Positions 17,068 to 22,938 of a stretch of DNA of 22,938 nt are shown here, piece after piece. The notes below the pieces were generated by a model. The model worked only from the letters and a program-made list of their open reading frames with translations. It was not told the DNA's origin and ran no database searches. The stretch's first letter is position 1; the number at the start of each line of letters is the position of its first letter. Source of the DNA: Vulcanimicrobiaceae bacterium (GTDB taxonomy: Bacteria > Vulcanimicrobiota > Vulcanimicrobiia > Vulcanimicrobiales > Vulcanimicrobiaceae); assembly GCA_046262595.1 (NCBI GenBank), contig JBHEMM010000023.1:1-22938 (forward strand). Reading direction: 5' to 3'. The translations under genes were made by a program, and so were the position numbers.

Positions 17068-18573
17068 CTAGGAGCAGCCGTTGCTTGTCAGTAGGAAATA
17101 GGCGTCGGCGGGGTTCACCGTGAGCGGATTTGAAACGGCACGCCCCTCGATATCCGTATACGTGCGACCTGAAGGCAGCGCCAACGAATACGGCGTACCG
17201 TTCGGTGGATTGCCGGTTGCATTGACGATAGAGAGCCCGCCTTGGAACTTGCGTTCGTAGACGTTGGTTGACGGCTGCGTGTAAGCGCCGCAAGCCGCGC
17301 CGTATGTCGTGCTGTATTCGTTGCGGTACGAGTAGTTCGATCCGCCGTGCGGAGAGATGTAGACGTCTTCGCCGCCCTCGTTGCCGATCGCATAGGTTGC
17401 AAGCGCCCAGTCGACTTGCTGCGGCGTTAGCGTGGACGGATCGTTGGAGCAGCCGCTGCCCGTGCAGTAGTAGTCCGTGACGAGCACCGCTATATGGTGC
17501 TGCTGCGTATACTCGACCCATTCCAGCGTGTTTGCGAACGCATTGGCGGTTAACAGCGATCCGTAAGCCGTATAGCCGTTTTCATCCACCATACCGTCCG
17601 TGTACGAAAGAATTTGCTCTTCGCTCGGATTCGTCGGATGGTTGTACAGCGGATGATTGATCAGCAGTTTGAGCCCGGCGCCGTGCACGGCGGAACTGGT
17701 TTGACCGACCCACGCGACCATGTCTTGAGCAAATTGCGGATCGTTACGGTTGTACGTGGTGCCTGGCGTTCCATAACGGCGCTGGAACGTTCCCGAAGCG
17801 TCGTAGGTGCCGCAGCCGTATTCGCCTGACTTAACGCTTTGACCGAAGTTCGGATTGCCGCCGTCCAAATAATTGATCAGGTCGGTATTATCGGCGGCTA
17901 ACGCGTTGTAGCTATTCGCCTGCAGATACGGTATGAGCAGCTGCATTTGGTATTGCTGCACGGCGGGCTCGTAGAAGGCCAGCGGAACGTCAGTAAAATA
18001 GCTTCCCGACCAAGCCAAGTCGTGCGTCGGATTTCCGCTGCTGTCGCATGCGTACAAAATCCAGTCCGGGTGGTTCGTCTGCCACCAGGAAAGGTCATGC
18101 GTTGAGACGAGATTGTCGTCTTCCGGCGGCACCATATACCGCGAGAGGATGATTCTGCTGTTCGCGGCGCGCCAGGTCTGCGGCGAGAATGCGCCCCACA
18201 CGCTGTCGTACCGCGGCGCCTCACTTTGAATTTGCGAGCTCGTAAGCGCCGGTTCTCCGCCGTAGTTGTCGAGGATCTGTGTCAAGCCGAAACGTCCGCT
18301 CGTGTCCGGCTGCATCGTGATGCTTTGCGTTGCGGGCGTTGAGCCCGGCGTCGGAGTGACCGTCGGCGTCGGCGTCGCGGTTGCATGCGAAGTGGGCGTA
18401 GGTGTGGCCGTTGCATGCCCCGTTGGCGTGGGTGTCGGGCTTGCGCCGCCGCCATTGCCGCCGCCCGGTGCAGGCGGCGTACCGCCGCCGCCGCCTCCGC
18501 CGCACGCGCTAAGCGCCAGCGCGAGAACGATGCTTCCAAGAAAAAGAACGCGTGTTGAAGATGCAGGCCGCAC
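17068..18573 (-). CDS. Lipoprotein with Gly/Pro-Thr linker and putative glycoside hydrolase domain (GHL15-like)
   Basis: GGAGGG before GTG 18573; lipobox LALSA-C; poly-Gly and PT linker; WQTNHPDWILY, YNALAADN, GMVDENG, C-terminal VYERKFQGGLSIVN resembling the 'hypothetical glycosyl hydrolase family 15' pattern. Confidence 0.7.
   Translation of the reverse strand: MRPASSTRVLFLGSIVLALALSACGGGGGGGTPPAPGGGNGGGASPTPTPTGHATATPTPTSHATATPTPTVTPTPGSTPATQSITMQPDTSGRFGLTQILDNYGGEPALTSSQIQSEAPRYDSVWGAFSPQTWRAANSRIILSRYMVPPEDDNLVSTHDLSWWQTNHPDWILYACDSSGNPTHDLAWSGSYFTDVPLAFYEPAVQQYQMQLLIPYLQANSYNALAADNTDLINYLDGGNPNFGQSVKSGEYGCGTYDASGTFQRRYGTPGTTYNRNDPQFAQDMVAWVGQTSSAVHGAGLKLLINHPLYNHPTNPSEEQILSYTDGMVDENGYTAYGSLLTANAFANTLEWVEYTQQHHIAVLVTDYYCTGSGCSNDPSTLTPQQVDWALATYAIGNEGGEDVYISPHGGSNYSYRNEYSTTYGAACGAYTQPSTNVYERKFQGGLSIVNATGNPPNGTPYSLALPSGRTYTDIEGRAVSNPLTVNPADAYFLLTSNGCS
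18345..18502 (-). repeat. Low-complexity coding repeats (poly-Gly; PT repeats with duplicated HATATPTPT)
   Basis: Encodes GGGGGGGTPPAPGGGNGGGASPTPTPTGHATATPTPTSHATATPTPTVTPTPG; coordinates approximate. Confidence 0.75.
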
Positions 18574-18650
18574 AATACCCTCCGTCATGGCGAGCATACC
18601 GTTACGGCGGCCGTTTGCAGAACGGGCTGTTGGGCACGAAAAAGGGGCCT

Positions 18651-19052
18651 TTAGTCTTGTTTAGCTCTGCAAGACGCGCAGCGGCCGTGAAAACTCACCC
18701 GCGCATGTGCTATTTCCCCGCCTCGGGCGCGTTCCAGACCGGCGAGAACGGGCGGCGGCAGCGCGTAATCCACGTCATCGATGGCTCCGCATTGCTCGCA
18801 TTGGAAATGCGCGTGCGCGCCGGCTGCGCGTTCGTACAACGCGCCGCCAGCACCGGGCAGCGCTATCTCGGAGATCAGACCAAGCTCGCGCAGACGGCCC
18901 AACGCACGGTACACGGTTGTTTCGCCGATTCCGGGCCGGCGCGCTTTCGCGGCGGCGAGCACTTGAGCCGCGGTCAGATGTTTGCCCGCGCCTTGTGCGC
19001 AGACAACCTCATAGACCATCGCGTAGTTTTTTGCCAGCCGCCGATCTTCCAC
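18651..19052 (-). CDS. Fur-family transcriptional regulator
   Basis: HLTAAQV, IGETTVYRALGRLRELGLI winged helix, HAHFQCEQCG and C-terminal CASC zinc motifs. Subfamily (Fur/Zur/PerR/Nur) not resolved. Confidence 0.92.
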   Translation of the reverse strand: MEDRRLAKNYAMVYEVVCAQGAGKHLTAAQVLAAAKARRPGIGETTVYRALGRLRELGLISEIALPGAGGALYERAAGAHAHFQCEQCGAIDDVDYALPPPVLAGLERARGGEIAHARVSFHGRCASCRAKQD

Positions 19053-19058
19053 GGCAGC

Positions 19059-19067
19059 ATTGTATCA
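19059..19067 (-). promoter_or_regulatory. Extended -10 element for a probably leaderless fur-family transcript
   Basis: Minus strand TGA-TACAAT-GCTGCC-GTG: TGn plus -10 hexamer 6 nt before the start codon, no Shine-Dalgarno. Confidence 0.65.
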
Positions 19068-19072
19068 CGCGC

Positions 19073-19411
19073 TTACGCGATGGGCGGAGGAACCGCGTGG
19101 CCGGGCCGCTCACCGGCTTGCGAATGCGATCCGCTCCACGTCTGACGCGGCGCATCCTCGCGCAGCGTTTCCGGGGCCTGCATTGACGAGCGCGCACCCG
19201 AACGGCGGTACAGGAAGTACGCCAGCAGTCCGGCGCCGGCGGCCGCGGGCAGCGCGAACCAGATCCACGAGGGCAAGCCGGCCGGCTGTTCCTGACCTTG
19301 CAGATAAAGGCGCTCGCGCGCGCAGTCGGCATGCTCGGGGTCGCCCTCGACGAAAACATTTCGGTGGTGCTCGCATTTGTTGTTCAGGCAGGTGTAATAA
19401 ACGACTTCCAT
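19073..19411 (-). CDS. Small single-pass membrane protein with N-terminal Cys/His cluster
   Basis: ATG start; CLNNKCEHH...HADC; TM WIWFALPAAAGAGLLAYFLY followed by RR; fills the gap between fur and the padR promoter. Confidence 0.7.
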   Translation of the reverse strand: MEVVYYTCLNNKCEHHRNVFVEGDPEHADCARERLYLQGQEQPAGLPSWIWFALPAAAGAGLLAYFLYRRSGARSSMQAPETLREDAPRQTWSGSHSQAGERPGHAVPPPIA

Positions 19412-19448
19412 GGGCGAGTTTTACCCGATTTGTGCAAGCCGACGCGCC

Positions 19449-19477
19449 GTGACAATCTGTTAAAGACATGCTATATT
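19449..19477 (+). promoter_or_regulatory. Sigma70-type promoter of the padR-acyl-CoA dehydrogenase-fadB operon
   Basis: GTGACA (19449-19454), 17-bp spacer containing TG at 19469-19470, TATATT (19472-19477), in an AT-rich island 10 nt before ATG 19488. Confidence 0.7.
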
Positions 19478-19487
19478 AATTTTATCA

Positions 19488-19895
19488 ATGCACGCGCACA
19501 GCAAAGCCGCCCGGGCCGCCGAAGAGGTGCTCAAGGGCCCCGTCAAGTCGAAGACTTTGTTGCCCGTGCTCATCCTCCATCTGCTGCAAGAGCGCCCCGA
19601 CCACGGGCTGGCCCTCATGCAGCGCGTCGAGGCGATGTGCGGTGGTCTGCTCAGCGCGAACACCAACACGATCTATCCGCTCTTGCGCCGTCTGGAGGAA
19701 CGCGGATTTCTCACCGGCGAGTGGGACCACCCCACGAAGCGGGCGCGCCGCCTCTACCGCATTACGCCGGCCGGCCGCGACCGGCTCAAGCGCATCAAGT
19801 CCAACATGCTGCCTTATCTGCAGATGTTATCGGAGTCCGTCATGCGGCTGCGCCGCGAGCTCTACGACAGTTCACCCGCATCCATCGCCGGTTAA
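19488..19895 (+). CDS. PadR-family transcriptional regulator
   Basis: LILHLLQERPDHGLALM, NTIYPLLRRLEERGFL, RRLYRITPAG. Confidence 0.92.
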   Translation: MHAHSKAARAAEEVLKGPVKSKTLLPVLILHLLQERPDHGLALMQRVEAMCGGLLSANTNTIYPLLRRLEERGFLTGEWDHPTKRARRLYRITPAGRDRLKRIKSNMLPYLQMLSESVMRLRRELYDSSPASIAG

Positions 19896-19911
19896 GGCGG
19901 AAAGAGCACCG

Positions 19912-21729
19912 ATGAGCAGTTATCAAGCGCCTTTGCGCGACATGCAATTCGTTCTGCGCGAACTTGCCGGACTGCAAGACGTCGCGAATCTGCCCGGAAA
20001 CGAAGAGGTCATCGACGCGGCCGATCCGATTCTCGAAGAAGCGGCAGCGTTTGCGCACGGTGTGCTCGATCCGATCAATAAAACGGGCGACAAGCAAGGC
20101 TGCACCTGGAAAGATGGCGCCGTCACGACGCCGGCGGGTTTTAAAGAGGCGTATCAGCAGTTCGCGAAGGCCGGCTGGATCGGTTTGCCGGTTCCGGCGG
20201 AATACGGCGGTCAAGGGCTTCCATCGCTTATGCTCGGTCCGACGCTCGAGATGTGGAATGCATCGAACATCGGTTTTGCAAACGGTCCGCTGCTCAATCA
20301 AGGCGCGATTGAAGCAATCGAACTCGTCGGCTCGAACGAACAGAAGAATCTGTACATTCCAAAACTCGTCGATGGCTCGTGGACCGGAACCATGTGTTTG
20401 ACGGAGCCGCAAGCGGGCTCTGATCTCGCGCAAGTCCGCACGAAAGCCGTGCCGTCCGGTGACCATTACCTACTCAGCGGCCAAAAGATTTTCATTACGT
20501 TCGGCGAGCATGACATGGCCGAGAACATCATCCATTTAGTTCTGGCCCGCCTTCCCAATGCGCCCGAAGGAACGAAAGGCATCTCCCTCTTCATCGTTCC
20601 CAAGGTGCTGGTGAACGCGGACGGATCGCTCGGCGCGCGCAACGACATCGTGTGCGCCGGCATCGAGCATAAAATGGGCATCAATGCCAACCCGACGTGT
20701 ACGATGAACTTAGGAGAGAAGAACGGTGCTGCCGGCTACCTGATGGGCAAGCCGAACGAAGGCCTCAAATATATGTTCATCATGATGAACGCCGCGCGGT
20801 TTTCCGTGGGCGTGCAGGGCCTTGGCCTTGCGGACCGCGCTTATCAAAGCGCGCTGCAGTACGCGAAAGAACGCGTGCAGTTCCGCGACGTCGCTTCGCG
20901 CTCGCCCGAGCCCAAACGCATCATCGAACATCCCGACGTGCGCCGCATGCTCATGTGGATGAAATCGCAAAACGAAGCGATGCGCGCGCTCTCGTACGTC
21001 ACGGCCGCATCGCTCGATTTCGCAGCCAAACATCCTGAGGAAAAGGTTCGCCAAGAACACAAAGCGTTCGTCGATCTGATGATACCGGTGGTCAAAGGGT
21101 GGTGCACGGAGACCGCCGTGGATTTGTGCTCGACCGCCGTGCAAGTCTTCGGCGGCATCGGATACGTCGAAGAAACGGGCATCGCGCAGCAGTACCGCGA
21201 CGTGCGCATCACCACGATCTACGAGGGCACCACCGGCATCCAAGCGCTGGATCTGGTGGGACGCAAAGTAGCTGCGGACATGGGTGCCGCCGCAACGCGC
21301 GTGATCGGCACGATGCACAAAACAGTGAAAGAACTCGAAGCGAGTGAAAACGAGGACGTCAACGCGATTGCGGAGCCGCTGAAAAAAGCGATCGGCGCGC
21401 TGGCTGAAACCTCGCAGTGGATCGGCATGACGGCGATGGGCGATCTGCGCAAAGCCGTCGCGTGCAGCGTCCCATATCTCAAACTCTGGGGCATCACGGC
21501 GGGCGGCTGGCAGATGGCGCGCGCGGCGCTGGTGTCGGCGGCGAAGATCGCCGGCGGCGATCCGGATGAATTCTACGCCGCGAAGATCGCGACGGCGCGG
21601 TTCTACTCCTCGCACGTGCTCACGCAGAGCGCGTACATCAAACGTCAGATCGTCGAGGGAGCGGGCGATGTAATGAGGCTTACCGAGGCGCAATTCGATC
21701 TCGATCGCAAGGCGGCAGTGACGGCGTGA
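19912..21729 (+). CDS. Acyl-CoA dehydrogenase (about 600-aa FadE5/DmdC-like type)
   Basis: YQAPLRDMQFVL, EYGGQGLP, GTMCLTEPQAGSDL, GQKIFIT, GTKGISLFIVPK, EHKMGI, MFIMMNAAR, FGGIGY, IYEGTTGIQALDL. Confidence 0.95.
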   Translation: MSSYQAPLRDMQFVLRELAGLQDVANLPGNEEVIDAADPILEEAAAFAHGVLDPINKTGDKQGCTWKDGAVTTPAGFKEAYQQFAKAGWIGLPVPAEYGGQGLPSLMLGPTLEMWNASNIGFANGPLLNQGAIEAIELVGSNEQKNLYIPKLVDGSWTGTMCLTEPQAGSDLAQVRTKAVPSGDHYLLSGQKIFITFGEHDMAENIIHLVLARLPNAPEGTKGISLFIVPKVLVNADGSLGARNDIVCAGIEHKMGINANPTCTMNLGEKNGAAGYLMGKPNEGLKYMFIMMNAARFSVGVQGLGLADRAYQSALQYAKERVQFRDVASRSPEPKRIIEHPDVRRMLMWMKSQNEAMRALSYVTAASLDFAAKHPEEKVRQEHKAFVDLMIPVVKGWCTETAVDLCSTAVQVFGGIGYVEETGIAQQYRDVRITTIYEGTTGIQALDLVGRKVAADMGAAATRVIGTMHKTVKELEASENEDVNAIAEPLKKAIGALAETSQWIGMTAMGDLRKAVACSVPYLKLWGITAGGWQMARAALVSAAKIAGGDPDEFYAAKIATARFYSSHVLTQSAYIKRQIVEGAGDVMRLTEAQFDLDRKAAVTA

Positions 21730-22938
21730 CGATCGCGATCATCACGCTCGACAATCCGCCCGTTAATGCGCTGTCGTTTGCGTATTCGGCGCAGCTCCTC
21801 GCGCAGGTGCAGTCCGCCGAAAACGATGCGTCGGTGGAAGCCGTTGTATTCACCGGCGCGAACGAAATCTTTAGCGCGGGCGCCGACATCAATGATTTTG
21901 TGAACGAGCCGGCCGCGGACAGCAAGACCGTGCGCGACGTCATTGCTGCCATCGAGAATGGCGGCAAAGTGTATGTCGCCGCAATCGCGGGCAACTGCAT
22001 GGGCGGCGGCCTCGAACTCGCGCTCGCTTGTGACTATCGCGTCGCGAGCGCCACATCAAAACTCGGGTTGCCCGAGATCAAGCTCGGTTTGCTGCCCGGC
22101 GCAGGCGGAACGCAGCGTCTTCCCCGCCTGATCGGCGCGCAAGATGCGCTGCAGATGATGCTCAAAGGTGAAACGGTCTTGGCCGAGGACGCCAAGACAA
22201 AAGGTCTGATCGATGCGGTTGCCTCCGGAGACGTTCTCGAAACGGCAAAAACGTATGCCGGCAAAGCCAAGCGCCGCGTCTCGGAAATGAATCTTTCGCT
22301 GCGAGGCCTGCCGGCAAACGCGGTGCCGTTCGTCATCGCTCAGGCGCACAAGATGTGCCCCGCGGAAGACAACGGCGGATTCGCGGCTCACAAAGTCGTG
22401 GACGCCGTACAGGCGGCGTTCGAACTGCCCTTTCACCGCGGTCTCGCGCGGGAAGCGCGGCTGTTTGAAGAACTCGTGCGTTCGCAGCCCTCACTCGCAC
22501 TGCGCCACATCTTTTTCGCGGAGCGCGAACTCTCAAAGATTCCGGGATTGCCTTCGAACGGCCAGGGCGGCGCGGCGCAAATTGCCAAGGCGGGCGTGGT
22601 GGGCGGCGGAACGATGGGCACCGGCATCGCTATTGCATTCGCCAACGCCGGCATTCCGGTCACGGTCATCGAGCCGAGCAGCGAGCAGATCGAAAAAGCG
22701 CGCCGGATGGTTTTCGGCATGTTCATGCATCAAGTCAAACGCGGCCGGCTTACGCAAGAAGAAGCATGGAAGCGGGGACAATCCATCGTTTTCACCGGCG
22801 ATTACAACGACGTGGCCGCCGCGGATGTCGTGGTCGAGGCCGTGTTCGAGAACATGGACGTAAAGAAAGAAGTCTTCCGTACACTCGACGCTATCGTCAA
22901 ACCGGAAGGCATCCTCGCTTCGAACACGTCCACGCTCG
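21726..22938 (+). CDS. Multifunctional enoyl-CoA hydratase / 3-hydroxyacyl-CoA dehydrogenase (FadB/FadJ-like), 3'-truncated
   Basis: Not in the ORF track because it has no stop in the window; GTGA overlap at 21726; TLDNPPVNAL, FSAGADI, GGGLELALACDYR, LPEIKLGLLPGAGGTQRLPRLIG, GVVGGGTMG, VVEAVFE, ASNTSTL. Confidence 0.95.
   Translation, partial: MTIAIITLDNPPVNALSFAYSAQLLAQVQSAENDASVEAVVFTGANEIFSAGADINDFVNEPAADSKTVRDVIAAIENGGKVYVAAIAGNCMGGGLELALACDYRVASATSKLGLPEIKLGLLPGAGGTQRLPRLIGAQDALQMMLKGETVLAEDAKTKGLIDAVASGDVLETAKTYAGKAKRRVSEMNLSLRGLPANAVPFVIAQAHKMCPAEDNGGFAAHKVVDAVQAAFELPFHRGLAREARLFEELVRSQPSLALRHIFFAERELSKIPGLPSNGQGGAAQIAKAGVVGGGTMGTGIAIAFANAGIPVTVIEPSSEQIEKARRMVFGMFMHQVKRGRLTQEEAWKRGQSIVFTGDYNDVAAADVVVEAVFENMDVKKEVFRTLDAIVKPEGILASNTSTL

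Noticed and set aside
16970..17521. N-terminal 184 aa of the 384-aa ORF 16367..17521
   Set aside because: Overlaps the glycoside-hydrolase-like gene in another frame and crosses a terminator; the real start is probably 16969.
18600..18652. Short hairpins between fur and the lipoprotein gene as a terminator or riboswitch
   Set aside because: Stems are only 4-6 bp with no known consensus; insufficient support.
19469..19487. Fur box in the AT-rich padR promoter
   Set aside because: Only one half-site (TGATAAA on the minus strand) resembles the 7-1-7 consensus.
19642..19911. Extended N-terminus of the acyl-CoA dehydrogenase ORF (similar extensions on hslU from 6404, rsmB from 10288, SIMPL from 6111)
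   Set aside because: These overlap real upstream genes; family homology begins at the internal starts.
1..22938. CRISPR arrays, tRNA/rRNA genes, IS elements, prophage or defence genes
   Set aside because: No spaced direct repeats, RNA gene signatures, transposase/integrase motifs or large unexplained intergenic regions were seen.

Overview
GC-rich bacterial chromosomal window of mostly housekeeping genes; no rRNA, tRNA, CRISPR or mobile element is visible. Order: trmFO (5'-truncated) > large TonB-dependent-receptor-like outer-membrane protein + coupled lipoprotein > bidirectional terminator < SIMPL protein | hslV-hslU-SDR-def-fmt-rsmB-fhaA-fhaB-(PP2C-fold gene)-rodA/ftsW > lipoprotein cytochrome c >< GT4 glycosyltransferase < ATLF/MtfA-like HEXXH metallopeptidase < terminator < glycoside-hydrolase-like lipoprotein < Fur-family regulator < small Cys/His membrane protein | PadR > acyl-CoA dehydrogenase > FadB/FadJ-like enzyme (3'-truncated). 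An outer-membrane barrel together with Firmicutes/Actinobacteria-type gene order suggests a diderm Terrabacteria lineage such as Eremiobacterota/Vulcanimicrobiota (inference only). Most striking observations: (1) the PstP-position gene of the fhaA-fhaB-pstP-rodA module is an intact ORF that has lost every recognisable metal-binding Asp (two replaced by Arg), so it is a candidate membrane-anchored pseudophosphatase next to intact FHA readers, with no pbpA or kinase after rodA; (2) fmt has no plausible canonical start codon; (3) a TBDT/lipoprotein pair sits where xerC often lies; (4) a signal-less lethal-factor-like peptidase; (5) several apparently leaderless genes.
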